Positions 1 to 12,241 of a stretch of 64,000 nucleotides of DNA are shown here, piece after piece (positions within the stretch are counted from its first letter, which is position 1; each line of letters begins with the position of its first letter). Where the stretch lies: contig CAYRRP010000003.1 in the NCBI GenBank assembly GCA_964426735.1, forward strand, positions 13,378-77,377, written 5' to 3'. Position numbers and translations under genes: made by a program. The DNA is from an uncultured Candidatus Saccharibacteria bacterium (GTDB taxonomy: Bacteria; Patescibacteriota; Minisyncoccia; Phycocordibacterales; DATDWN01). Under the pieces are notes generated by a model that was given only the letters and a program-made list of their open reading frames with translations, was not told the DNA's origin and did not search any database.

Positions 1-165
1 TCTCCCTCGAATTTTACTCGTCGTCACTCGTAAAATTCTGGGCACCGGAATCGCGACAAGCGCTGCTGCACTTGTAGACCGCGATTCCGTTCGAGCCCCA
101 ACGTAAAGCTCCGCTTTACTTCACTCGCGCAAATAAAAAAGACACCTTACGGTGCTTTTTATTTG
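1..165 (-). repeat. tRNA-3'-associated structured element (copy behind tRNA-Asp, cut by window edge)
   Basis: tcactcgcgcaaataaaaa...tttttatttgcgcgagtga inverted repeat; antisense T-arm copy with inserted agtaaagcggagctttac hairpin; conserved ggtgcccaga and gagtgacgacgag motifs. Confidence 0.8.
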
Positions 166-239
166 CGCGAGTGATGGGGCTCGAACCCACGGCCTCGTCC
201 GTGACAGGGACGCGCTCTAACCAGCTGAGCTACACCCGC
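166..239 (-). tRNA. tRNA-Asp(GTC)
   Basis: Cloverleaf: GCGGGTG/CACTCGC acceptor, ctgtcac anticodon loop, GTTCGAG T-loop. Confidence 0.95.
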
Positions 240-332
240 AATATTTGCTTAACTAACCAAAACAGCTACCCTCTGCAATATTTGCTTAACTAACCAAAAC
301 AGCTACCCTCTGCAATATTTGCTTAACTAACC
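238..332. repeat. 37-bp tandem repeat, about 2.6 copies
   Basis: gcaatatttgcttaactaaccaaaacagctaccctct at 238 and 275, partial copy at 312. Confidence 0.95.
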
Positions 333-397
333 CTAAATACAACCAACTCAACCTATTATACATAAAATTGTATAATTTCAAAGAGGTTTCTATTTTG

Positions 398-468
398 TGT
401 CGATGAATGGAATCGAACCATTGTCTAAGGCTTATGAGTCCTTCGTTCTACCATTGAACTACACCGAC
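398..468 (-). tRNA. tRNA-Met(CAT), probably elongator (Ile2 not excluded)
   Basis: GTCGGTG/CATCGAC acceptor, ctcataa loop, GTTCGATT T-loop. Confidence 0.85.
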
Positions 469-525
469 AATATACACATATACATGTGCACACTACTATA
501 ACCTAAAAATTGGAAATACTCAAAC

Positions 526-1929
526 CTACTGCACCATATTCAACTTCTCTCGAGTCTTTGGTCCCACCTGTCCATACCCTGCTTGCCCACTTTTTGCAAG
601 ACCATATTTTACCTGAAATCGTCCGACTGCCTTCTGTGTTGCTGGACCAAAATACCCAGAGACCGTACCTTCGGGATACACCGCTTTATCTGTAGCCAAG
701 AATTTTTGCAACTCAGTAACATCCGCATTTCGAGTGCCCAGCTTGAGTAATTTTGTAAATAGAAATTTTTTTCTTGTAGCTGTATTTTGTATTGTGGTCA
801 CTGTTGTAGTAGCCGCACTTAACACAGATGTTGTCTGTTGTGGTATATACCCTTTTGGATACACGGTAACAAACACTTTTTGAGTATATATACCATCAAA
901 TCCTCCTCCTGGAAGTTGTGGGTACAATGTAAACGTTACGGTTTTTATGTCAGATGTAGTATTCATAAATGCTACCGTAGTACTACTATTTGGAAGATAC
1001 CCAACTTCTGAAATAATTTTATTACATGGAAACACTGAAGTACTTGTACTTGTTACAAAGGAAGCTGAAATACCTTCAACACAATCCATCTTCAACGTAA
1101 TAGCGTTTGTATACTTAGTCGACCAAAGGAGAGACACATTATCATCAGAAGCTACTTTTGGAGGAGTGGCTACGAAACTCAAAATCTGAGTTGGTGTAAT
1201 TTTTTCAGATCCCACATCAAAGATGATTGTCTCCGCATGAGTTTGATCATACGCACCATCGGTAATATACGGTAAAATAAGCATACTTGCAGAAGCAACA
1301 TCTACATTTTTATTCTTAAATACAAACACCATACTTCCTGACGGACTCTGTTTTGTTGAAAACATCGGAGTTCCACAAGGCAATGCTACAGAACCTCCTT
1401 CCAAAAACACACTTACACTGTCGACACAGCGAATACTAAAGTTTACACCATCGAGTTCTGTCGAAGTCCACTGTACAGTGGTTGTCGCACCCGAAGCTGT
1501 CGATGTTGCAGTGGTAAAAAATGAAGTGATAGGATAAGGCATCGTGAGCACTGATACACTACTACTCTGACCTACTGATGTATCTGTACCTGTTGAATCT
1601 TTTACGTAGAGTGTAAACGTGAGTAACTTTGTTGATCCGCTTGTATTCACAACAAAAAAACCAAGAGAATCTGATTCTTGTGTAGAAATAGTTGTTTTTG
1701 TATCACACGGAAACAAACTTCCATCTTGTTTTTTCACTTTTACACCAGGAACACATGAGACGATCAACGAAGCACCTGCGGCATCTGTCGCTGTCCACGC
1801 AACAGAGATAAGTTGCCCACTTGAGATAGTTGAGGGTGTTACTGTATACGATGTGATTTGTGGATTGGCAGCATGTGCGGTATGAGTAAAAAATAATGTA
1901 AAAAGAAAAAGAATTATTGTATATTTCAT
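526..1929 (-). CDS. Secreted Thr/Ser-rich beta-repeat protein with C-terminal peptidoglycan-binding domain
   Basis: Signal peptide MKYTIILFLF...AHA; three Ig-like repeats; C-terminal LKLGTRNADVTELQKFL...GYFGPATQKAV...VGPKT motif. Confidence 0.75.
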   Translation of the reverse strand: MKYTIILFLFTLFFTHTAHAANPQITSYTVTPSTISSGQLISVAWTATDAAGASLIVSCVPGVKVKKQDGSLFPCDTKTTISTQESDSLGFFVVNTSGSTKLLTFTLYVKDSTGTDTSVGQSSSVSVLTMPYPITSFFTTATSTASGATTTVQWTSTELDGVNFSIRCVDSVSVFLEGGSVALPCGTPMFSTKQSPSGSMVFVFKNKNVDVASASMLILPYITDGAYDQTHAETIIFDVGSEKITPTQILSFVATPPKVASDDNVSLLWSTKYTNAITLKMDCVEGISASFVTSTSTSVFPCNKIISEVGYLPNSSTTVAFMNTTSDIKTVTFTLYPQLPGGGFDGIYTQKVFVTVYPKGYIPQQTTSVLSAATTTVTTIQNTATRKKFLFTKLLKLGTRNADVTELQKFLATDKAVYPEGTVSGYFGPATQKAVGRFQVKYGLAKSGQAGYGQVGPKTREKLNMVQ

Positions 1930-2035
1930 ATATAAAATATAACACAAATACATAGTTGACACTGGGGACAATAGTGATCAATTTCATGATTAACACCTAG
2001 CATTTTTATGTTCTCTATGATATTCTTGTGCTACT

Positions 2036-2106
2036 AGCGGGGTGGAGTAATAGTAACTCACAAGGCTCATAACCTTGGGACCGGGGTGCAAATCCCTGCC
2101 CCGCAA
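2036..2106 (+). tRNA. tRNA-Met(CAT), initiator-like
   Basis: GCGGGG/CCCCGC acceptor with A1:A72 mismatch, ctcataa loop. Confidence 0.85.
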
Positions 2107-2254
2107 CAAGAAAAAAATACAACAGAGTTGTATTTTGGGATTTGCAAGACGGAGCGGGGTACCCATCGAGCACGATGGGTCGCGAGTCGTGGTCAGAGAA
2201 TTTTTCGAGTGACGACGAGAAAAATATCTGTGACCAAATCCCTGCCCCGCAACA
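2107..2254 (+). repeat. tRNA-3'-associated structured element (copy behind tRNA-fMet)
   Basis: Antisense gggatttgca (2137-2146), conserved core, 20-bp direct repeat of tRNA 3' end at 2235-2254. Confidence 0.85.
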
Positions 2255-2257
2255 TGT

Positions 2258-2292
2258 AACAAAAAACACCATACATTGTGGTGTTTTTTGTT
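2258..2292. terminator. Bidirectional intrinsic terminator
   Basis: aacaaaaaacacca-loop-tggtgttttttgtt. Confidence 0.7.
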
Positions 2293-2309
2293 TGATATAA
2301 ACGCTCTAT

Positions 2310-3278
2310 CTATATAAACGAAAACTCTTTAAACACTTGTTCAAATAAACTAATAACTCTCCTTGCTTCTCGTTGAGTAAGTATAAAACTTGGATCATGA
2401 GCAATCTGATTTCTCACCTTATGCGCTTCCCATGCAAGATCAAGTGTATTGAAGTCACTTTTCTCTACCCCTTTCAATTTATCACCGATTGAATCCCCTT
2501 GTAGGTTCATAGTGTCGAGTAGTTCAGCGAGCATCATATCAGCTTCAATCACTGCAAGCCTCCATTCTGATTCATTATACGATTCAACATGCATTATAAC
2601 CTTATCCCAATTTTTATTTGTCGAAAGAGGAATTGAAATCGTCTCATCAGATACCTGATTGAGCTTCATCCTTATGTTATTTCTTACTCGAGTCAAGTCA
2701 TAGAGAATATATGCAATCATACCTGCAAATACTACAATAAGAAGCCATAGTATATATTTCATCCACCATGCAATCGTATGTAGGCCAAATAATATTCGTG
2801 TAACCAACGATGGTGTCCCTTCAACTAATGCAATATCTGATTCTTTCACCCATCCATCTGGGTCTTCCTCAAAATCAACATACCAGTATCGTTCACCATC
2901 AATAAATACCGGCCCTTGTTTGATTGTACCGCCAGATCGTTGATTCTGTGTACCTCGTTGTGTACCTCCTGGCTCAGTATACACAGCAACATCCGCCTCC
3001 ATCGCCACAACAGACGCACCAAGTGGACGAAGTGCTGATGCAACTGGACGAGTATACGAGTTGAGCAAATACCGCATCGTAAAACTTTTTCCGTTCAACC
3101 CTGAAACAAAATTGTTTGCTGATGTAAGTATTCCACCAAACAATGTCATAAATACAAATAACATGAAAAGCATCCCTGCGATTTCACGTAAAAAATTTGG
3201 TGCTTCCGCAGGTTTTTCTTCCGCCTTTGGTTTTGCATCCCCTTTTGGTTTATCGTCTTTTGGTTTTTCGTCAGCCAC
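2310..3278 (-). CDS. Two-TM membrane protein with SH3-like extracellular segment and helical C-terminal domain
   Basis: Two hydrophobic helices flanking WYVDF..DGWVKE; C-terminal WRLAVIEADMML...AWEAHKVRNQIAH. Confidence 0.6.
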   Translation of the reverse strand: MADEKPKDDKPKGDAKPKAEEKPAEAPNFLREIAGMLFMLFVFMTLFGGILTSANNFVSGLNGKSFTMRYLLNSYTRPVASALRPLGASVVAMEADVAVYTEPGGTQRGTQNQRSGGTIKQGPVFIDGERYWYVDFEEDPDGWVKESDIALVEGTPSLVTRILFGLHTIAWWMKYILWLLIVVFAGMIAYILYDLTRVRNNIRMKLNQVSDETISIPLSTNKNWDKVIMHVESYNESEWRLAVIEADMMLAELLDTMNLQGDSIGDKLKGVEKSDFNTLDLAWEAHKVRNQIAHDPSFILTQREARRVISLFEQVFKEFSFI

Positions 3279-3343
3279 GTGAATAGATTAAAAGATTAAT
3301 GAACTATTTCATTATACAAGACTTTTAGATCCAAAAGAAACTT

Positions 3344-4762
3344 CTATTCTCCTAAGAAATCTTTACCTGCTTTAAAGAGATACTTCTCACCCATATGAGT
3401 TGCCATAAGTTGAATACCGAGAGGAAGCTCTGCATCACCGACTTTTGTTGTACCTGATGGAATAGAAAGTGCTGGAATACCTGCAATATTTGCAGTGACG
3501 GTAAAAATATCCGCAAGATACACGGAAAGCGGATCTTCTTTTTCTCCTATCTTCCATGCAGGCGCAGGAGTAGTCGGTGTAAGTACAATGTCAACAGACT
3601 GGAAAGCGGTTTTAAATTCCTCCTGGATAAGCGAACGTACAACTTCTGCTTTGCCATAAAATGAATCATAGTATCCTGCAGAAAGCACATATGTACCCAA
3701 GAGAATTCTTCGTCGTACTTCTTTTCCAAAACCAACACCTCGAGTCTTCATATAATCTTCGAGTAAATCTTTTCCATCTACATGAAGTCCGTATTTTACT
3801 CCGTCAAAACGAGCCAAGTTTGAAGATACTTCTGCAGGCATGAGAATATAGTAGACAGAAAGTGAAAGAGCAATATGCGGAAGAGAAATATCTTTTATTT
3901 CATAACCAAGTGATTTAAATTTCTCCACTGAAGTTTTGAAATTTTCTTTTACACTCTCATCGATTCCTTTTTCTTCCAACAGACTCCATGGCACACCGAT
4001 TGTAAGTGTTTTTTTATCTTCTACTTTCTCATAAGTAGATTCATCTACGGTAGTGCCATCATATGCATCTTTCCCTTTCATTGCATCAAAGAGTATCTCT
4101 GCATCACCTACTGTATATGTAATCGGACCAATCACATCAAGCGAAGAACCCATCGCCATAAGTCCGTGTCGAGAAATAGATCCATAGGTTGGTTTAAAGC
4201 CGACTACTCCACAAAATGCAGCAGGCTGTCGGACAGACCCACCCGTATCAGATCCGAGTGCTCCAAGTGCTAAGTGTCCAGCAACTGCAGCTACCGAACC
4301 ACCTGAAGATCCTCCAGCTACACGTGTCGTATCGACTGGATTTTTTGTTACACCAAAAGCCGAGTTTTCGGTCGAGCCTCCCATCGCAAACTCATCCATG
4401 TTTGCCCGCCCAAGAAACACAGCGCCTTGCGCTTTCAGTTTAGTGATCGCTGTTGCATCATATGGCGCAACATATCCTTCAAGAATCTTGGACGCAGCGG
4501 TAACCTTACGTCCTGTAATTAAAATATTATCTTTGATAGCAAGTGGAATACCGAGAAGTGGAGTTGACTCCCCTGCTTGTATTCTTTTGTCAGCAGCTTC
4601 TGCTTGAGCAAGTACATCATCATACACCTCAAGATATGCATTGAGTTCAGGGTTTTTCTTTTTGATCTCTTCTAGATATGCAGATGCAAGCTCAACCGCA
4701 GTTATTTCTTTACTGTCGAGCATTGTTCGAGCTTTTGTAATTGTGAGGTTTTTTAAATCCAT
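3344..4762 (-). CDS. gatA: Asp/Glu-tRNA amidotransferase subunit A
   Basis: Amidase signature GGSSGGS and GSDTGGSVRQPA. Confidence 0.97.
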   Translation of the reverse strand: MDLKNLTITKARTMLDSKEITAVELASAYLEEIKKKNPELNAYLEVYDDVLAQAEAADKRIQAGESTPLLGIPLAIKDNILITGRKVTAASKILEGYVAPYDATAITKLKAQGAVFLGRANMDEFAMGGSTENSAFGVTKNPVDTTRVAGGSSGGSVAAVAGHLALGALGSDTGGSVRQPAAFCGVVGFKPTYGSISRHGLMAMGSSLDVIGPITYTVGDAEILFDAMKGKDAYDGTTVDESTYEKVEDKKTLTIGVPWSLLEEKGIDESVKENFKTSVEKFKSLGYEIKDISLPHIALSLSVYYILMPAEVSSNLARFDGVKYGLHVDGKDLLEDYMKTRGVGFGKEVRRRILLGTYVLSAGYYDSFYGKAEVVRSLIQEEFKTAFQSVDIVLTPTTPAPAWKIGEKEDPLSVYLADIFTVTANIAGIPALSIPSGTTKVGDAELPLGIQLMATHMGEKYLFKAGKDFLGE

Positions 4763-4767
4763 AATGA

Positions 4768-4810
4768 TATACGAATATGCGAATTAAATACTTACGAATG
4801 AATACGAATG
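4768..4810. repeat. tacgaat heptamer-like array
   Basis: atacgaat atgcgaat...ttacgaat gaatacgaat in the gatC-gatA spacer. Confidence 0.7.
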
Positions 4811-5092
4811 TTAGCCTAATATTTTTTTAACTTCCAAATAATTACCGTCTCGAGCAGGCGCATTGGTAAGGAGAGCTTCAGTGTACTCACCTTCTTTATT
4901 AAGTATTATGTCTTCTCGCATAACATTTCTCAAAGATGAGAGGGGTTTTACCGCCGTCTCAGATACTGAGGTAACCTGACTCACATAGCCCAAAATAGAC
5001 TCAATACTTTGAGCAAGCGCCTCTTTTTCTTCCTCAGATACTTTCATACGAGCAAGATCTGCAAGCTTTTCTATGTCTTTTTTCTCAATCAT
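4811..5092 (-). CDS. gatC: Asp/Glu-tRNA amidotransferase subunit C
   Basis: IEKLADLARM...NVMRED...NAP...YLEV pattern, adjacent to gatA. Confidence 0.93.
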   Translation of the reverse strand: MIEKKDIEKLADLARMKVSEEEKEALAQSIESILGYVSQVTSVSETAVKPLSSLRNVMREDIILNKEGEYTEALLTNAPARDGNYLEVKKILG

Positions 5093-5130
5093 GTTCCTAT
5101 ACTACACTATTTTTTAGAATCCGTCAGGAA

Positions 5131-7616
<2,486 letters not shown>

Positions 7617-7617
7617 A

Positions 7618-8178
7618 TTATTGTGCCCAATTCCTTAATACAAGTGTCTGCGTATAATTTTTTGTTACATTTTGTGCTGTCCAGGATACCTGCACCACAA
7701 CAGACACTTCAGTGGCACTGATTGAAGTGATAGTTATTGATCGTTTATATTGAGTAGTTGATCCAGACACATATCCATATATACCTGAGGTGCTGTTGTA
7801 TAGCAAAGAAGGACATGATGCTGCTGTTGATGAACATGCAGTAATTGTGTTTGCAGCAACATCTACATAACATACTTTCCCGGTAGAACATGGATCACCT
7901 GCAACCTGAGCTACTCCCGTAAGCCATCCTACCGAACCTCCTGTTGCAAGTGCATTGATATGAGCAATTGCATTGGAATCTCTCCTGTGACGTATATATT
8001 CAAGTGCTTCATCAGCAAGATAATACGCAACTGTCTGATCTTCTGTAAAATTTGTTGCTCGCATCGCATTTGAAACCGCAGTAAATGTTGCCAAAATAGA
8101 AATCGACAAAATCGATACCGCTACAAGTACCTCTACCAATGTAAAACCATATATGTGTGTATGTCGTGTTGTATGCAT
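7618..8178 (-). CDS. PilV-like minor prepilin
   Basis: G|FTLVEVLVAV N-terminal methylation motif. Confidence 0.8.
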   Translation of the reverse strand: MHTTRHTHIYGFTLVEVLVAVSILSISILATFTAVSNAMRATNFTEDQTVAYYLADEALEYIRHRRDSNAIAHINALATGGSVGWLTGVAQVAGDPCSTGKVCYVDVAANTITACSSTAASCPSLLYNSTSGIYGYVSGSTTQYKRSITITSISATEVSVVVQVSWTAQNVTKNYTQTLVLRNWAQ

Positions 8179-8179
8179 G

Positions 8180-8734
8180 TTATATATCGATCTTACGCTG
8201 AGACATCATCGTTTGCAGATTGAATATTGACTGGGTACTTGTCTGACTTCCTACAGTACCTGAGACAACCATCACTACTCGAGGTTGATATGCATCAGAT
8301 GGAGACGAGTTAAACACATAAAATGTTAATCGAGTAATTGTTGTTTCAGCGGAAGTAACCGGGCTCGATGCACCATTTACAGTCTTCATAATACGACCAC
8401 CGAGTAAACTGTACACAATAAGTGAACCTTCAGCAGAACGTATCGACAAAGAGTTTCCCCCACCACCACAATCAAGAGCTGGAGGCGGGTTTATAGTTGT
8501 AGATCCACAATAATAGTTGGTACCGAAACGCACCGTACGTGACATAGACTCCAGAGCGAAGCTTAAGTTATCCATCGCTGTTTTTTTAGTTTGAGATTTT
8601 GTATTGGTATCAAGTATACTCAATATCGAACCGAGACTTACCGTCATGATAATAATGAAGACAGACAAAGAAACCATAATTTCAATGAGCGTAAATCCAC
8701 GTTTTGTATTTTTTTTAAACAAGGTATGTGTCAT
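8180..8734 (-). CDS. PilW-like minor prepilin
   Basis: G|FTLIEIMVSL motif. Confidence 0.8.
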   Translation of the reverse strand: MTHTLFKKNTKRGFTLIEIMVSLSVFIIIMTVSLGSILSILDTNTKSQTKKTAMDNLSFALESMSRTVRFGTNYYCGSTTINPPPALDCGGGGNSLSIRSAEGSLIVYSLLGGRIMKTVNGASSPVTSAETTITRLTFYVFNSSPSDAYQPRVVMVVSGTVGSQTSTQSIFNLQTMMSQRKIDI

Positions 8735-9354
8735 GGTATAACAGGTGTACTTTGAATCATAATTTGTCCAGACAAATAGTCTGTAAGTATATACATAAGT
8801 GTACCCCTCTGGTTTACAAGTTCAACATATGCAGTTTTCCATGGGCCACTTATTTCTGCTTTGTTTGTATCATGCACCTTAATCACTGGCTCTGGATTTG
8901 GACGTACATACGTCAACACTAAATATCGAGCTGATCCACTAAAACACGTAATTGTATCATTCATATATGCTGCACATATACGTCGCACACTTACCCCACC
9001 ACGTAATATAGATTTTTCTCGACATTCATCTGCACCAGTACATGCAGCAGCACCGTCATATTTTCTATCACCATTTGTGTCAGAGTAAATAAAAAAGTTT
9101 GTTGGAGTCTGCAGATCAAAGGCAATACCATATGGTTTATTAAAATCAGTACTTCCTGATTGAGTTTGTTTAATCGAAACTCCAAAACTTTGTGCTTGTC
9201 GCATTGCAAGAGACACTTCACCTGCTGCAGTTTGTAACGCGAGATCGTCATTAAATCGCCTGCTGTTAAAGGTAACCAAAAGTATGATAGCACTCATAAT
9301 ACTTGCTACCACAATAAGCTCGATTAATGTAAAACCTTTTGTATAGTTACGCAT
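8731..9354 (-). CDS. FimT/FimU-like minor prepilin
   Basis: MRNYTKG|FTLIELIVV; start reassigned to ATG at 9354. Confidence 0.8.
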   Translation of the reverse strand: MRNYTKGFTLIELIVVASIMSAIILLVTFNSRRFNDDLALQTAAGEVSLAMRQAQSFGVSIKQTQSGSTDFNKPYGIAFDLQTPTNFFIYSDTNGDRKYDGAAACTGADECREKSILRGGVSVRRICAAYMNDTITCFSGSARYLVLTYVRPNPEPVIKVHDTNKAEISGPWKTAYVELVNQRGTLMYILTDYLSGQIMIQSTPVIP

Positions 9355-10198
9355 TGAATAATTGTGCCAACCCCAACACATCAACCCGAGCAAACAAAAC
9401 AATCAATACTCCAATAATAAGAAAAGGTGCAAATGGTATTTCAGAATTTAGTTTAATTTTTTCTCGAGTGTACTGTGGAGCGAAGGTGCTTACTGCAACC
9501 ATTATAAGACCATAGAGTGCTCCTACCCAAAAACCAATCACAACTGCAGATAATCCAAACGGAAAACCAAGGAGCGCACCGATTCCGAAAGCAAGCTTTG
9601 CATCACCAAAACCCATCCACATGCCTTTTGAAACCCACCACAAAAATGCAAAAGGTGCTGCAACAAGTATCGGTGCACACAAGTTGAGCCAATCAGCAGT
9701 TGATGGAGGGATTGCAAACAAATATGTGAAAAACAACAACTTCGCTACTGCAAGGACGATGAAAGCATACACAAAACTATTTGGAATAATTTTATGTCGA
9801 ATATCGTATACAGATATGATTACTAATAATGAAACAACACAGAAATAATAAAATACGAGAAATACTGAGTACATCAACCCATCAGGAATACTTGCAAATA
9901 TATCGTAGAGACTAATCTGGCGATACACAACAGCTAAAAATAACAAAGCTGTAGTGAGTTCTACAAAAGGATACTGCCAAGATACTTTTGTTTTACAACT
10001 CCGACATCTACCCTTTTGAATAATAAAGCTCACAATAGGTATCAGTTCATACCATTGTAATTTTTTACCACACACAAAACACTGAGAACGTCCATGAGCA
10101 ACCGAGAGACCTGTATTATGTCGGTAAATAACAACATTTAAAAAACTACCAATAAGTGCTCCTGCGATTAATGCCCCAATAAAGAAAATTAACATCAT
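9347..10198 (-). CDS. pilD: Prepilin peptidase (A24)
   Basis: GSFLNVVIYR, CxxC...CxxC, YD and MGFGDAKL catalytic aspartates, IPFAPF. Confidence 0.95.
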   Translation of the reverse strand: MMLIFFIGALIAGALIGSFLNVVIYRHNTGLSVAHGRSQCFVCGKKLQWYELIPIVSFIIQKGRCRSCKTKVSWQYPFVELTTALLFLAVVYRQISLYDIFASIPDGLMYSVFLVFYYFCVVSLLVIISVYDIRHKIIPNSFVYAFIVLAVAKLLFFTYLFAIPPSTADWLNLCAPILVAAPFAFLWWVSKGMWMGFGDAKLAFGIGALLGFPFGLSAVVIGFWVGALYGLIMVAVSTFAPQYTREKIKLNSEIPFAPFLIIGVLIVLFARVDVLGLAQLFNA

Positions 10199-10249
10199 GT
10201 ATACAGTATAATACAAAGTACACCTGTTTAAAGCTCTGTACTGTGCACA

Positions 10250-10281
10250 ACAAAAAACCACCTGAGAGGGTGGTTTTTTGT
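10250..10281 (-). terminator. Terminator after major pilin
   Basis: acaaaaaaccaccc/t-loop-gggtggttttttgt. Confidence 0.75.
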
Positions 10282-10297
10282 AACATGTATCAGTATA

Positions 10298-10732
10298 TTA
10301 CGATGCTGGACATACAGTGTTAGTTGACAATGCAGTGACTCTTGAAGTTGAGACTCCTGTACTATCAACACACCAGTACCCACCTGCTTTTAGAGGTACT
10401 GAGGCTGCCCATGCGGCACCCGCAGCTGCAACATTACAAACATCAGCAGTTGCTGTACCGTTGTATGCACTACTTGCTGCATTCAATGCGTTTGCAACAG
10501 TAGTATCTGCACATACACCACTACCTGCACCGGCAGTACCATAACTACCGTTTGTATCATAATACAACTCTGCTTGTGCTCTGATGTTGTTCAAGTTACT
10601 CTTGATTGCAGCATCAGCACCCTTTCCTCGTGCTGTGTTGAGAGAAGCAAGCACTACTGAAGAAAGAATACCGATAATCGCAATCACCACCAACAATTCA
10701 ATCAATGTAAAACCTTTGTTCAATTTAACCAT
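10298..10732 (-). CDS. pilA: Major type IV pilin
   Basis: KG|FTLIELLVVIAIIGILSSVVLASL; short, Ala-rich, C-terminal Cys; own terminator. Confidence 0.85.
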   Translation of the reverse strand: MVKLNKGFTLIELLVVIAIIGILSSVVLASLNTARGKGADAAIKSNLNNIRAQAELYYDTNGSYGTAGAGSGVCADTTVANALNAASSAYNGTATADVCNVAAAGAAWAASVPLKAGGYWCVDSTGVSTSRVTALSTNTVCPAS

Positions 10733-10897
10733 ATATGGTATTTATTCAAATAAAAACTTCTAATAAATAATTAATTATTTTGTATCGAGTACTCTCTTTA
10801 CTAGATACATGTTCGTGTAAAACGAATACCTATATTATACGTGACTCTCGGAGGAGATAAAACTCCCCTGTGGATAACCTACTTCTGTATGTTAGTC

Positions 10898-11022
10898 AAA
10901 AAATTAATCAGACGGATGCAGTTCGAGGCGCGAGTAAGGTTTTTGACCAAAATGTACTCGTGGTACATTGCGGGAAAAAACCGAGCGAAGCAACAAAGAA
11001 ATGCGCCGTATGTTTAATTTTT
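10898..11022. repeat. Stop-adjacent long hairpin, family A
   Basis: Imperfect palindrome with gaggc/aacaaa internal loop and gtac-tcgtg-gtac apex, abutting the pilC stop. Confidence 0.75.
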
Positions 11023-12234
11023 TTAGCCAGTAGAAGCGATGTTGTAGATAGGCATCAAAACCGACGCAAGCAAAATACCCACGCCCAAACCAAGAGAGAC
11101 GATCATGATCGGCTCAATCAACCCAACAAGAGTATCCACTGCATTTGTCACTTCTCTTTGATAAAATCGCGCAAGTGTTTTTAATATATTTCCCAGTTCA
11201 CCGGTTTCCTCACCAACCTTTATCATCTGCACCATCATACCGGGAATCTGACCTTCATATTGAGCAAATGAATTCGACAAAGACATACCACCTTTTACTG
11301 AATTCAGCGATGCTACCAACACAGCTTTATATACTTCATTGTCTACCACAGTAGATGTGATCTCAAGCGCACGCAACATCGGAATACCTGACAACACCAT
11401 TGTATTCATGTTATCAGCAATACGCGAGAGATAAAGTTTTCGATACAGGTCACCTACATAAGGTACTTCTAATTTTAATTCACCAACCCATCGAGCACCT
11501 TCTTCTGTTTGTGCATATCGATATACAACAAAACCCGCTATCACTATTCCAATTGCGATAAACACACCATAGCGTACAGCGAGATCAGAAAATGCAAGTA
11601 CAATTTTTGTATAAAAAGGTATCTCCTGCCCAGAATCTTTAATCATTAATGCAATCTTCGGAATAATAACGGTGAGCATCAAAATCATCACACCAATAAA
11701 TGTTGCGATCACGAATGCCGGATACACCAACGCACTCTTTGCTTTGGTGGTTACTTCATACGTACGATCGAGATAGTCTGCAAGGTAGTTAAACGTCTCA
11801 TCGAGTTTACCTGACTCTTCACCTGATCGAACCATGTTAACGTAAAAATCACTGAATATTTTAGGATGTTTACCTAATGACGCTGAAATACTCATACCTC
11901 CTTGAAGATCATCGGCGACTTCTGCGAGAGCTTTTCGTAATGTCACATTTTCCACTTGATCAGCAATCAACCTAAAAATACGCAATGCGGACACCTGAGC
12001 ATCAAACAATGTTGCCATCTGACGAGAGAGAATCACGATATCTTTATTTGATACCCCTGAAGAAAAATGGAGTTCTAGATCAAAAATACCCTTTTTTTCT
12101 TCCAATGGTCTTATGAAAGAAATAATAAGCCCTTGTTTTTGCAAAGAATTAATCGCAACATCAATATTTACAGCATCAAGTGTGCCTTCTTTTACCCCAC
12201 CCTGCTGATCAAGTGCTTTATATGTGTAAATCAT
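11023..12234 (-). CDS. pilC: Type IV pilus platform protein (T2SS-F family)
   Basis: SRQMATL, GEESGKLD, YP, VGEETGEL and LIEP motifs. Confidence 0.95.
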   Translation of the reverse strand: MIYTYKALDQQGGVKEGTLDAVNIDVAINSLQKQGLIISFIRPLEEKKGIFDLELHFSSGVSNKDIVILSRQMATLFDAQVSALRIFRLIADQVENVTLRKALAEVADDLQGGMSISASLGKHPKIFSDFYVNMVRSGEESGKLDETFNYLADYLDRTYEVTTKAKSALVYPAFVIATFIGVMILMLTVIIPKIALMIKDSGQEIPFYTKIVLAFSDLAVRYGVFIAIGIVIAGFVVYRYAQTEEGARWVGELKLEVPYVGDLYRKLYLSRIADNMNTMVLSGIPMLRALEITSTVVDNEVYKAVLVASLNSVKGGMSLSNSFAQYEGQIPGMMVQMIKVGEETGELGNILKTLARFYQREVTNAVDTLVGLIEPIMIVSLGLGVGILLASVLMPIYNIASTG

Positions 12235-12241
12235 TGGTATA

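Noticed and set aside
238-332. CRISPR array
   Set aside because: Units are contiguous and identical with no unique spacers, and there is no cas gene in the window.
2089-2254. Prophage or genomic island attL/attR
   Set aside because: The direct repeats are only ~146 bp apart and enclose no integrase or other gene.
1990-2272. ORFs 1990-2262 and 2015-2272 (likewise 19507-19937 and 34687-34959)
   Set aside because: They overlap tRNA/tmRNA genes and the structured repeat elements; no protein-like features.
10870-11184. Plus-strand ORFs over hairpin elements (also 44484-44669, 53258-53512, 56992-57201)
   Set aside because: They are antisense to conserved genes and run through palindromic DNA; treated as spurious.
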